From the IMG/VR virus record IMGVR_UViG_3300044630_000280, positions 2,131 through 66,130 of that record: a stretch of 64,000 nt of DNA; one strand, given 5' to 3'. The stretch's first letter is position 1. Each line of letters opens with the position of its first letter. This stretch comes from a virus (lineage: Duplodnaviria; Caudoviricetes). Positions 49,290-58,576 of the stretch are shown here, piece after piece. Made by a program: the position numbers and the translations under genes. Below the pieces are notes generated by a model. It was not told where the DNA came from. It ran no database searches and saw nothing but the letters and a program-made list of their open reading frames with translations.

Positions 49290-51775
49290 TACTCACCTTT
49301 TTTGGGGGGTTTGTTTGGTTGTTGGTTACGTTGTTGGGAGTCACGTTGTTTCATATGTGCGGCTATACCTTGACGGAACCCTTCTGTTTCTTGCATCTTG
49401 TCCATACGTTCTTTGTCTGCAAGGTGTCTTAGCGTCATTTGTGCACCAGCGATTTCTGCTTGTGATTCGATGCGCATCTGTTCTATTGCTAACTGCTGTT
49501 GCTTCAGAGCTATATCGGCTGCATCTTTGTCTGCTTTGCGTTTTTGCTCTGCTGCTTTGATTGCCAACTCTTGCTGTTGCATTTGGATCACAGGGTCTTG
49601 AGCCTGTTGCTGCGCTTGCTGTTGTTGGGCTTCCTGCTGGTGCTGCTGTAACAACTGTTGTGATGCTTGTGCTGCACGACGTGAAATCTCGATCTCCATC
49701 TCTTTTGGTATCTCTTGATCGTCGTCCTCGTCCATCTCAGGTATCTGCATACCCATTACTTGTTCAATCTGCTTGCGGTACTCGTAACCTAAGTGCTCGT
49801 TAATATGAGCCATCATCGCCGCCGCTAATGCTGGAGCTTGTGGGTTGTTTGCTAATAGAGATTGAATTTTTGGATCTTGCATCGTGGCTTGATGAACCAT
49901 GATATGTGCTTGGTGATCCTGATAGATAAATGCTTTGACCGGTTTACCCTTGAGAATGTTTTGGTTCTCTGTTACTGGGTCACGTGGACGTATATCATCT
50001 TCCATCGGTACTAACTTAGAGTAATTCTTTATACCCAACACATCTAACATCTGACGATGTAACAGTGGTAAGTCATATAACTGTGGAGCGCCTTGTGCTA
50101 GTTGTAATGCTGCTTGATACTGAACAACCTTCTGTGACATGGTTGCTGCGTTAGGATCAGAGACTGGAATTACATCTACTTGGTCATAGTCTGACTGCTT
50201 AGCACGACGTGTACCTTGCACTGGCTCATAGCTATACTCATCTGAAGTGTAGTCACGGATAATGCCTTTGAGTAAACGTAGTTCTTCATGCAGTGCGTAG
50301 TGAATACGAGCTTGTACAGCCGACATCACTTTCAGAGTTCTTTCCAATATAGCCAGCGTTGTACCAACTGGAGAGTTGGCTGACATATCACTAACTTGTA
50401 GATCAGCAGCTGAAGCGAAACGACGGCCTTCGTCAATAATCTGGTTCATTAAGCCAGCTAATACTTGACTTGGCTCTTTATATGGCAGAGGAAGAATGTT
50501 GTCTCTGATTGAACCACTTGGTACGTCTACGTCTCTGAATTCACCCGGGGAGATTGGGGTATCGTCGCCTTTGATCCGCAACCCGCGAGACTTAAGTCCA
50601 CCCGGAAGGTTCGACAGGGTCCCTGCATCAACGAGTTGACGGAGAATGGATGTGCCTGACTTTGCAAAAGCTCCGATAAGGTGAATGAGACCGAAGCAGT
50701 AGAAACCAAAGCCCGGGATATACCCATAGTGAACGAAATGGTTGCGTTTTTGTTTGCGTTTGTCATCTGGCTCCCAATTACGACGGATAGCTAAGACCTT
50801 TTGTGATGCTTTATCGATGGTGATGACGTAAGGCAATGCTATACCTGTCTCTTCACCCTTCTTATCTTTGTCTTCGTAGCCCGGTAAGTCATAGTCCACG
50901 TGCATCTCAAGTAATCTGTAGCGAGAATCAACTGTTGCACGGAAGCCTAGCTTCTCAGCGATCTTCTTTTCTACTTCATCTAGAGTATTTGTTGGCAGCC
51001 CAAGGTCTACATCTCGGTAAAAGCCATCAACTTGCAGCTTTCTTATGTCATTCTCGGTCTTTCTCATTACGTGCGTTACACGTTCTGCAGTCTTCAGAGA
51101 CGATGCACCGTAGGGCACTACTATATCCTCTGCAGGTACGAAAATAGACATTTGACGACCAAACGAAGGGTCGTAGTACACCTTTTTGAATGCGTTACCA
51201 GCTAGACCCAAGCCCCATAACATGCGCTCATGCTCAGGTCTAAACTCAGGCATCTCTTCGGTTAAGCGATAGTTCATATCTTCCTGAACACGCTCCGCTG
51301 CTTCTTTCTTTTCTGGAGTTTCTTTACCAATAATCTTAGTTTTTACTGGACCCGCTGCTGGGAACGTCTCCATTATTGTTTCTGACTGGAACTTAACTAG
51401 AGCTTCGGACATAAGAGGGTGTGTAACTCCACAAGCGCCCGCCCACGGTTCAGTTCTTTCCTCTAACTTCATACCCAGAAGGTCTAAACCGTCTACGTAA
51501 GTTTGGATCCAATCCTTTCTACTACTAACATCGTCGTCATAAGCCTCTACTAAGTCTGAAGCGATCAGGGATAGCTCATCCTCAGTCATAAATTCAGCTA
51601 AGTTAGCATCAAAGTCCTCATCGCTATCCTCGGCTTTCTCCATGCTTATCTGCAGACCGTCTACACCTATCTCAACAGACTCTGGGTCCTCGATAGTTAT
51701 CTCTAAATCGGGTTCTTCCTGCATTGCTTGGTCGATACCTTGGGGTGCAGCGTACAAGCCTTTGTCAATCGCCAT
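49289..51775 (-). CDS. Portal protein
   Basis: 828 aa after terminase; GNAFKKVYYD, GFYCFGLIHL, Gln-rich C-terminal barrel region. Confidence 0.88.
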   Translation of the reverse strand: MAIDKGLYAAPQGIDQAMQEEPDLEITIEDPESVEIGVDGLQISMEKAEDSDEDFDANLAEFMTEDELSLIASDLVEAYDDDVSSRKDWIQTYVDGLDLLGMKLEERTEPWAGACGVTHPLMSEALVKFQSETIMETFPAAGPVKTKIIGKETPEKKEAAERVQEDMNYRLTEEMPEFRPEHERMLWGLGLAGNAFKKVYYDPSFGRQMSIFVPAEDIVVPYGASSLKTAERVTHVMRKTENDIRKLQVDGFYRDVDLGLPTNTLDEVEKKIAEKLGFRATVDSRYRLLEMHVDYDLPGYEDKDKKGEETGIALPYVITIDKASQKVLAIRRNWEPDDKRKQKRNHFVHYGYIPGFGFYCFGLIHLIGAFAKSGTSILRQLVDAGTLSNLPGGLKSRGLRIKGDDTPISPGEFRDVDVPSGSIRDNILPLPYKEPSQVLAGLMNQIIDEGRRFASAADLQVSDMSANSPVGTTLAILERTLKVMSAVQARIHYALHEELRLLKGIIRDYTSDEYSYEPVQGTRRAKQSDYDQVDVIPVSDPNAATMSQKVVQYQAALQLAQGAPQLYDLPLLHRQMLDVLGIKNYSKLVPMEDDIRPRDPVTENQNILKGKPVKAFIYQDHQAHIMVHQATMQDPKIQSLLANNPQAPALAAAMMAHINEHLGYEYRKQIEQVMGMQIPEMDEDDDQEIPKEMEIEISRRAAQASQQLLQQHQQEAQQQQAQQQAQDPVIQMQQQELAIKAAEQKRKADKDAADIALKQQQLAIEQMRIESQAEIAGAQMTLRHLADKERMDKMQETEGFRQGIAAHMKQRDSQQRNQQPNKPPKKGE

Positions 51776-51784
51776 GATTAGTCC

Positions 51785-53365
51785 TTAATAATATGCTTTA
51801 CTTCTCTGTGACTTGAAAAATTTTGGCTCGTCCGGCTCGTCACTTGGTAACCGTATGAACCCACCTTGTCTAAATCGTGCTAATGCTAGTGTTGTTGCAT
51901 CAACTAAGTCATCATGTTCGCCTGACGGGAAGGACGCAATCTCATCTACCAGCTCTTCAGCCCATCTTGTATCTGGAACCCATACTTTACCTGACGCTAT
52001 TAAGTCAGAAACTGCATTTAATCGACTAATCTTATCTTGACCTTTGCCCGGACTGAACTCCATCGCAGGTATGCCCATCGCTCTAAACTCATAAATTAGA
52101 GGAGCGCCTGAAGCTTTCTTCTCAATCAGTATGTTATCAGGTTCCCAATCTTTGTAATGCTCAAATGCCGTCTTTTTAAGCTCAATCCATTCCATTCGCT
52201 CTTTAAATGCGTTCAACAGAATGATATTTGCCTGCCCATCATCCTCATCGTTGTAAAAAATACCCCATGTTGTACACGCAGAATAGTCGGCGCGGGTGTT
52301 TTTCTCGAACGCAGTATCCCATGTTTGGAGGATGTAATCACATTGTGGGGGATGTTCACTAGGCCACTTCTTCCACCACTCTCTTTTTATAATTGCGGAC
52401 GAGTCTGAGGTGGGTTGTTGCTGATACTGAGCCATCCATTTGCCGTTCGGCAGTTCAGTATGTAGCTTTTCTAGCTCATCAATCGACCAAAACTCAGGCC
52501 AGAGGGGATTTCCAGACGGGAGAATCGCGGGAAACTCAATAACCTCCCATTCATCACCGCCCCGTGAGGCACTGGATTTAATCACTTGACCTGTTAAATC
52601 ACGTAACGACCACCTAGTCATCACGATTACGATGGATCCACCCGGTTGCAGACGCTGCCTCGGTCCGGATGTGTACCACTCATAAACCTTATCGTATATC
52701 TCTGGGTTGACTTGGGCTAGTGCAGCCTCTTGTTCACTGTGTGGGTCATCAATTATTAGGATATCTGCGCCCTTACCGGTTACAGCACCGCCCACACCGA
52801 TAGCGAAATAGTCACCACCTTTACTAGTATTCCATCGTCCTGCTGCTTTTGAGTCTGCTTGTAGTGCTAGCTCTGGGAAGATTTTTTTGTACGCTTCCGA
52901 GTCGACGAGGTTACGGACTTTTCGACCGAATCCGACTGCGAGTTCTGCTGTGTGCGACGTTTGGATAACTTTTTTGCCCGGGTATTTTCCGAGGAACCAT
53001 GCTGGGAGGAGATAGGAGGCAAATTCACTCTTGGTGTGTCGGGGTGGCATATTGATGATAAGACGCTTACATTCACCTCTAGCCACTCTTTCAAACGCTT
53101 CAGCCATTCTCGCATGATGTCTACCTCCAATAAATGTGGGCCATACTTCTCCAACAAAGGACAAGAATTTATCCTGTGCTAACTCTTTACGCTTTAATTC
53201 TTGTAGGGTCTCCAGCTCGACCAAAAGCTGACGCTGCTCCTGCTCTGACAACAGAGGGAGTATCTGGGGTATATCTTTCAACGAGACGCTACTAAGTAGG
53301 CTCTGTTTCTGGGTCTGGGTCATCTGTGCTTGGGTTTGGATCAAGCCTTGGATCTGGGTCGGCAA
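51785..53365 (-). CDS. terL: Terminase large subunit
   Basis: INMPPRHTKSE, LIIDDPH, VMTRW, WDTA, HDDLVDA; exact start uncertain. Confidence 0.92.
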   Translation of the reverse strand: MPTQIQGLIQTQAQMTQTQKQSLLSSVSLKDIPQILPLLSEQEQRQLLVELETLQELKRKELAQDKFLSFVGEVWPTFIGGRHHARMAEAFERVARGECKRLIINMPPRHTKSEFASYLLPAWFLGKYPGKKVIQTSHTAELAVGFGRKVRNLVDSEAYKKIFPELALQADSKAAGRWNTSKGGDYFAIGVGGAVTGKGADILIIDDPHSEQEAALAQVNPEIYDKVYEWYTSGPRQRLQPGGSIVIVMTRWSLRDLTGQVIKSSASRGGDEWEVIEFPAILPSGNPLWPEFWSIDELEKLHTELPNGKWMAQYQQQPTSDSSAIIKREWWKKWPSEHPPQCDYILQTWDTAFEKNTRADYSACTTWGIFYNDEDDGQANIILLNAFKERMEWIELKKTAFEHYKDWEPDNILIEKKASGAPLIYEFRAMGIPAMEFSPGKGQDKISRLNAVSDLIASGKVWVPDTRWAEELVDEIASFPSGEHDDLVDATTLALARFRQGGFIRLPSDEPDEPKFFKSQRSKAYY

Positions 53366-53900
53366 CGCCTAACTCTTCATCCAAACTATCAGTCAGTGGG
53401 GTTACATCAATAACATTGGCATTAAGTAAGCGTTTGATGCGTTCTTTGATTGCCTCTTCCAATCCTTCGGAAGTTTTGTGATTAACCGTAATCTCACTTC
53501 GTTCAGTAAACAAGCCTATGTCACTGTGCTTACCTAACAACTCCAACGCCTTTAGCTCATACCTCGTGTCACCGCAGTTGGCGATTTCCAAAAGTTTAGC
53601 CGTGATAGCTGAGCGGACTTCATTGGCATCCGCAGCTAACTTATTAGCGTAGGTCTTCAAAAATAATGATGCAGCGAAAGCAGTCTCGGGGCGTTTGAAC
53701 TCCTTAACAGCTTTTCTAGACTTAAACAAATCAACTGTCTTGTCTAGGTCGGCAGTATCGATCTCAATAGAGGAACCTAGTTCTTTCAACAGATCAGCTG
53801 TGTTGGCAGCAACGACTACTTTGTCGTGGAAGGTTTTGGCCTCCTCGGGTTCTGTTGTGTAAGGGACCGGCTTTCCCTCTGTGGGTTCGATATTAACCAT
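53292..53900 (-). CDS. Terminase small subunit (putative)
   Basis: Precedes terL; LKALELLGKH..IGLFTER. Confidence 0.7.
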   Translation of the reverse strand: MVNIEPTEGKPVPYTTEPEEAKTFHDKVVVAANTADLLKELGSSIEIDTADLDKTVDLFKSRKAVKEFKRPETAFAASLFLKTYANKLAADANEVRSAITAKLLEIANCGDTRYELKALELLGKHSDIGLFTERSEITVNHKTSEGLEEAIKERIKRLLNANVIDVTPLTDSLDEELGVADPDPRLDPNPSTDDPDPETEPT

Positions 53901-53905
53901 GCCCG

Positions 53906-53936
53906 ATTATATAGCATAAATAATAATACGTGTCAA
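53906..53936 (-). promoter_or_regulatory. Late-operon promoter, TTGACA-19 bp-TATAAT, apparently leaderless
   Basis: Perfect hexamers with 19-bp spacer; ATG 5 nt after TATAAT; no SD. Confidence 0.6.
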
Positions 53937-53945
53937 AAACGATTT

Positions 53946-54124
53946 GGGACTCCTACCCGGGGGGTGTTTCTGGGAACGATGTTGCGTAAGGTTAGCAAAA
54001 AAAGTGAAGGGGGTGGGGGTATGTAAGACAATGTTAGGGAAGTTATGGGGAGTGGTATTGGCTGTGCAGATTAGGGTGTATGTAGAACGTGGGACTCCTT
54101 CCTGCCCATGTTGGGGGGTGGGGG
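53946..54124 (+). other. G-run-rich non-coding segment between divergent late and early blocks
   Basis: Eleven runs of 3-6 G; GGGACTCCT at 53946 and 54091. Confidence 0.55.
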
Positions 54125-54260
54125 TTAGCTATGCCACCAGCTTTGCTTCGTTATGCCATACCCTCAGTTGTGACTAACGATGTTGCCTTTGCTTTTGATG
54201 TTGTCTTTGCAGGCAAGCCCCGCAGGGAAATTTTGTTCTTATTATTGCTTGCGTATCTGT

Positions 54261-54289
54261 AAGACAATTAAGCCTTTATTTGATATAGT
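54261..54289 (+). promoter_or_regulatory. Early promoter candidate
   Basis: AAGACA-17 bp-TATAGT with extended TG; a TGTAAG box overlaps the -35. Confidence 0.5.
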
Positions 54290-54295
54290 AGATTC

Positions 54296-54740
54296 ATGGC
54301 AGCAAACAAGGCGAATCACCCGCTAGTGCATAGGTGATGTAGGGTTAGTCAGTACACCGAAATAGTACTGTCAGGCTAGCGGTTCTGTAATGGGGCAAAT
54401 TTAGGCTAGTGGATATAAAGAGTATCTAGCGAAACACAAGCGGCTTATTGTATAGGGTTGCGAGATAGTGGCTAGATAACATGATGCGTGTAGAAGTGAC
54501 AACAAGATCACCGGCTCATCAATTTATATCTTGTGAGGTGCATATATAGAGTGCATTGCCTTAGGGGTAATGTAGCAGGGCTTTGTATATCGTGCCAATA
54601 ATTAGCGGTTTAGAGCCGCGTTATTAAAATCACTACATTGACGTTATTTTCGGCTTGCTTAGCAGGTGAGCCGGATAACGGGATGAGTCAAGGCGCATTG
54701 TCTAGTTCTCATCCTCTTATCAATCAAATAACGTTAAGGA
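54296..54740 (+). ncRNA. Putative large structured leader/ncRNA
   Basis: At least 8 complementary stems of 6-9 bp in 450 nt lacking a credible ORF. Confidence 0.5.
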
Positions 54741-54748
54741 AAACTATC

Positions 54749-55243
54749 ATGACAGCAAATTTACTCACTAAGTCCGAAGTCACCGAGTTAGCTAAGTCCG
54801 TTGCAGGGCGCGGCAAGTCACTCAATCGTGACATTCAGAAACTTGCAGCAATGGCAATAGGTTACGCCAACATTCATGGCGATGTAACCGTTGCTCAAGA
54901 TATATATGCACAGTTATGTGTAAACAAGGCTTTGCGCTTAAAGTCATTCGTTGCCTATTTAGAAACACATGGCAAATTAGAGTATGACAAGTCAAGCAAG
55001 AATTTTATCTACCGTAGACGTGACGATGTAGAAACAGATGTAATGTCATTGTTTATCTCGTTGTCAGATTGTCTATGGTACGAAGCGCTTAAGGAAGCTG
55101 AGCCGGTGTCAATGTATGACTTGTCCGCTAAGATTGCAGCGCTCGTCAAGCAAGCCGAGAAAATGGCAGCGCAAGAATCGACAACCGTTGCTCACCTCGA
55201 ATTATTAGAGCCACTACGTAGCTTAGTAGTAGCAACCAACTAA
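54749..55243 (+). CDS. First early gene, hypothetical protein
   Basis: AAGGA RBS before ATG 54749; DIQ....HGDVT motif. Confidence 0.8.
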   Translation: MTANLLTKSEVTELAKSVAGRGKSLNRDIQKLAAMAIGYANIHGDVTVAQDIYAQLCVNKALRLKSFVAYLETHGKLEYDKSSKNFIYRRRDDVETDVMSLFISLSDCLWYEALKEAEPVSMYDLSAKIAALVKQAEKMAAQESTTVAHLELLEPLRSLVVATN

Positions 55244-55294
55244 GGCGAAACGGGCGCAAGCCCGTCTAACGGTCAAGCCGTTACTGATGAGCCT
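55243..55294 (+). ncRNA. Type II hammerhead ribozyme
   Basis: AGGC-GAAA-CGGGC(GCAA)GCCCG-TC^-TAACGG(TCAAG)CCGTTA-CTGATGA-GCCT; full catalytic core and three stems. Confidence 0.92.
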
Positions 55295-55308
55295 AAATCT
55301 AACAATGT

Positions 55309-55669
55309 CATACAATGTAAGGGAAAGTGTTGCTTTGTAAGAAACTTTTGGTTGCTTTGTAAGAATCTTACAATACAAAACTCCCTTTAGAATCAATGGG
55401 TTAGGCTTATATGCCATACAATGTAAGGTTGTAAGAACTTTTTTAGAGTGACTTTGGGAAATTGAAGTCGATCGAAGCATCTCGCAAGTCAAGATAAGCA
55501 CAAGCCTCACGAGGGCTTAATTTCTAAAATTCTCTTACATTATTACAATATAATAGATATAGTAGGTACACCAAGCTATAACCCGCATAAACACTAGGTT
55601 TTGCTTTGTAAGAAAAAGTTCTTACAATACCCCCCGATTTTCTTACAATCTTACAATACATTTCTTACA
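55309..55669. repeat. Cluster of 12 TGTAAG/CTTACA boxes (iteron/operator-like)
   Basis: TGTAAG at 55316, 55336, 55358, 55422, 55430, 55607; CTTACA at 55367, 55534, 55621, 55642, 55650, 55664. Confidence 0.8.
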
Positions 55670-55684
55670 TTACAAGGAGCTACT

Positions 55685-55849
55685 ATGAAAGCATCAGATA
55701 TTCTCATGCTAACCGGCACTATATTGCATGTCGTGTTCTTAGTATCAGTTATATTTTTTCCAATGCCATTATTCCCTGCCGCATTGCTTACTGTGTTAGG
55801 CATAGCGTATCAGGGCTATGGTGTCTTTATGTCCTACGAAGGGAGCTAA
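55685..55849 (+). CDS. Small membrane protein
   Basis: AAGGAG RBS; two hydrophobic segments. Confidence 0.65.
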   Translation: MKASDILMLTGTILHVVFLVSVIFFPMPLFPAALLTVLGIAYQGYGVFMSYEGS

Positions 55850-55851
55850 GC

Positions 55852-56016
55852 ATGATAACGGAAGAACTGTTTAAGCAATGGGTAGGACGTGAGCCACAAG
55901 ACGATGACCTTGATCGTTGCAATTGTAGTAAGGCGGGGCAAGCAGGGCATGGGCAATGCGGTTGGAATAATAAACAGAACTTACCTGTGTTCATGGTAGG
56001 TAGTGAGGAGGTGTGA
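55852..56016 (+). CDS. 54-aa hypothetical protein (not in ORF track)
   Basis: GGGAGCTAA RBS; MITEELFKQWVGREPQDDDLDRCNC..AG..GH.QCGW. Confidence 0.65.
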   Translation: MITEELFKQWVGREPQDDDLDRCNCSKAGQAGHGQCGWNNKQNLPVFMVGSEEV

Positions 56017-56017
56017 G

Positions 56018-56179
56018 ATGGGCGAACTATTAAACAAAGCATTCATCGATGAGCTAACCGATGAGGAAGAAGCGGTACTCGCAAGGTTAGAGCAAGAGTG
56101 GCTGCAAAGATGTGCACTCGCAGAGTCAACGGAATGGCATGACCCTAAACCTATTATCAAAGCAACATCACTTAACTAG
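56018..56179 (+). CDS. 53-aa hypothetical protein (not in ORF track)
   Basis: GAGGAGG RBS; fills the gap exactly. Confidence 0.55.
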   Translation: MGELLNKAFIDELTDEEEAVLARLEQEWLQRCALAESTEWHDPKPIIKATSLN

Positions 56180-56187
56180 GAGCTAAC

Positions 56188-56478
56188 ATGGGCTGGAGAT
56201 ATGGATTAAAGCGTGAGATGTGGGGCAACACAATCGAGGGTTACAAGGTGATAGAAGTGTTTGACTTTGACCGCCCTGCATTACAGCGTTCATGGTGTGA
56301 GACCGCACCGTATAGCGACACCGAAGATGAGATGTTGACTGTGCTTGACCGCATGAAGAAAGACATCCAACGTTTCAATATTGACATCAGCACACCCGAT
56401 GTGGTCGAGGACTTAGAGCGTAGGCTGTGGTGGTGGGACGATGCACCTGCCAAGATATACCCAAGCGAGGAGGTATGA
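56188..56478 (+). CDS. Hypothetical early protein
   Basis: AGGAGCTAAC RBS. Confidence 0.7.
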   Translation: MGWRYGLKREMWGNTIEGYKVIEVFDFDRPALQRSWCETAPYSDTEDEMLTVLDRMKKDIQRFNIDISTPDVVEDLERRLWWWDDAPAKIYPSEEV

Positions 56479-56479
56479 G

Positions 56480-56698
56480 ATGCGACCATGTTTATTATGT
56501 GGCGAGGAAGAACTGTCAACTGCACGATGGGCACTAGGTTACAAGACCTGCCTACCATGTGGTGACTTAGCAGCAAAGGAAGCTAGGAAGTCGTGGACTA
56601 TCTTAACCCCGCATAAGCAGGGAGCTATGTTCTTTACGGCTGAGTCTGCGTTCGAGATGGCTAAGGGTATCAACAATAAGGGAGGGTTAATTAAATGA
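56480..56698 (+). CDS. C4 zinc-finger protein (DksA/TraR-finger-like)
   Basis: CLLCG....RWALGYKTCLPCG; GGAGG RBS. Confidence 0.65.
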   Translation: MRPCLLCGEEELSTARWALGYKTCLPCGDLAAKEARKSWTILTPHKQGAMFFTAESAFEMAKGINNKGGLIK

Positions 56699-56829
56699 CA
56701 ATGACCTGTAAGAGCGCAAGACAAAGAGTAGATAGGTTAAACAAAACGCAACAGCAACGCAGACTGTTTGACTTAGAAAAGAACCGTCGTGTGGTGCATT
56801 CAAGATGGATTAGGAGGGAGCAAGCATGA
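56695..56829 (+). CDS. 44-aa basic hypothetical protein
   Basis: ATGA overlaps at both ends; GGAGG upstream. Confidence 0.45.
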   Translation: MTMTCKSARQRVDRLNKTQQQRRLFDLEKNRRVVHSRWIRREQA

Positions 56830-57008
56830 TAGACCCGAAGTTAATAGAAGAACTGAAGTTTGTAATGGACGGCATGGCTAACGAAGCGTTCTATGAATGG
56901 GAAGAAACCCACAACGTAGAAGGTCTAAGCGATAGAGATAGGGAGCTATGGTGTGAGGGCTACAAGATAGGGCGGCTAGTAGAAAACTTTGCAAACAGGG
57001 AGAATTGA
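56826..57008 (+). CDS. Hypothetical early protein
   Basis: GGAG RBS; 60 aa. Confidence 0.6.
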   Translation: MIDPKLIEELKFVMDGMANEAFYEWEETHNVEGLSDRDRELWCEGYKIGRLVENFANREN

Positions 57009-57009
57009 T

Positions 57010-57228
57010 ATGACGTGGATAAATGTAGATGTAGATATGAGCGAGTTCAACGATGAAGAACTTGTTATTGAAATGCAAAGACGTGGCTATGTAGTGCAGG
57101 ACAGCGACGAGCCACAAGATAAGGAAGAACTGAACCGTATCTACGAAGCGTTGTATCTAGGTAAGCAGGAGGAAGCGATGCGACGCATGAAAGAATATGT
57201 TTGCAATAAGGTAGGTAGGCTGTTATAA
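57010..57228 (+). CDS. Hypothetical early protein
   Basis: GGGAG RBS; DVDMSEFNDEELV.E..RRG. Confidence 0.65.
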   Translation: MTWINVDVDMSEFNDEELVIEMQRRGYVVQDSDEPQDKEELNRIYEALYLGKQEEAMRRMKEYVCNKVGRLL

Positions 57229-57281
57229 TGTAAGACGATGTAAGAAGTATATAAACCACAACAACACAACAAGGAGCTAAC

Positions 57282-58349
57282 ATGGCTGAAATAAATTTCG
57301 GTAAGACCGTCACACTCAAACAAGCTGCGAAGATTATCGTAGCATCCCCAAAGAATCGTTACTTACTACGTGGTGAGCCGGGCATTGGCAAGTCAAGTCT
57401 AACCGCAACCCTCAAAGAATTATTACCTCGACATCACGTTGCATATATGGACGTGCCCAACATGGACTTAGGTGACATCGCCATGCCCGTAGTGGACAAG
57501 GACACCAAGACTACACGTTACTATCCCAATGCACGATTCATGTTTCACACAGGCGAGCCAGTCATTGTCAATCTTGACGAGTTCACCAAAGGCGCAGAGC
57601 CAATCAAGAACATGCTGCACCCACTACTCGAAGCACACAATCCTAGACTAGGTGACGTGCCAGTACATAACGAGTCAATCATATTCCTTACAGGTAACTT
57701 AGCAACCGATGGTGTCGGTGACAATCTCAAAGCACACAGTCTTAACCGTATCATCCCATTGAACATCGAGAAGCCGAGCTTTGAAGAGTGGGCAGAGTGG
57801 GCTATGAATCATGGCATTGCACCAGAAATCTTAGCGTTCGGTCGTATGATGCCGCAGATATTTGCAAGCTATACCGATGCAAGCCAGAAAGAAAATCCTT
57901 ACATCTACAATCCGCTTAAACCTACACAAGCATACGTATCCCCTCGTTCACTCGAACGTGCAAGTAACATCGTCAACATCAGACAGCAGCTAGATAACGA
58001 AAGCGTAATAGCTGCGCTAACAGGAGCGATAGGCGAATCAGCAGCACGTGACTTCCAAGCCTACCTCGAATACTCAGACCAACTACCTACATGGGAGTCG
58101 ACAATCAAAGACCCTAAGGGTGCGCTTGTACCTAAGTCCGCAGGTGCAGCAGCAATCGTCGTGTTCGGTGCAATCCAGAAGGTAGACAAGACTACGATCG
58201 AGCCATTCATGCAGTACTTAGAACGCTTCACCGAAGAATGGCAAGCAGCGTTCGCAATCAACATCGCTAAGTCCAAGACCAAGCAACCCGTTGCATTCAG
58301 TTGCAGAAAGTTTAGCGAGTGGGTAGCTAAGAACGAGGACTTACTGTGA
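57282..58349 (+). CDS. MoxR-like AAA+ ATPase
   Basis: Walker A GEPGIGKS, Walker B VNLDE, TGN sensor, SPRS. Confidence 0.88.
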   Translation: MAEINFGKTVTLKQAAKIIVASPKNRYLLRGEPGIGKSSLTATLKELLPRHHVAYMDVPNMDLGDIAMPVVDKDTKTTRYYPNARFMFHTGEPVIVNLDEFTKGAEPIKNMLHPLLEAHNPRLGDVPVHNESIIFLTGNLATDGVGDNLKAHSLNRIIPLNIEKPSFEEWAEWAMNHGIAPEILAFGRMMPQIFASYTDASQKENPYIYNPLKPTQAYVSPRSLERASNIVNIRQQLDNESVIAALTGAIGESAARDFQAYLEYSDQLPTWESTIKDPKGALVPKSAGAAAIVVFGAIQKVDKTTIEPFMQYLERFTEEWQAAFAINIAKSKTKQPVAFSCRKFSEWVAKNEDLL

Positions 58350-58576
58350 GAGAGCCTAGATATTTCATAGCATGGGTGAGTGAGGACAATGTAGGTAAAC
58401 CCAACATGCCATATCTAGCAGCACGTAAGGAGTATATGTACCGAGTATTCAGGGAGGACTTTGACAACAGCAATGCTGCACCTATTACAGAAGCAATGAC
58501 GTATGAGGAAGCAGAAGCAAAGAGAAAAGAAATCTTATTACTAACTAAAGGTAAGGAGCTAGCATGGATAGCATAG
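58346..58576 (+). CDS. Hypothetical protein
   Basis: GTGA overlap with ATPase stop. Confidence 0.55.
   Translation: MREPRYFIAWVSEDNVGKPNMPYLAARKEYMYRVFREDFDNSNAAPITEAMTYEEAEAKRKEILLLTKGKELAWIA

Noticed and set aside
55309-55669. CRISPR mini-array
   Set aside because: Repeats are 6-14 bp, irregularly spaced and in both orientations; no repeat-spacer periodicity
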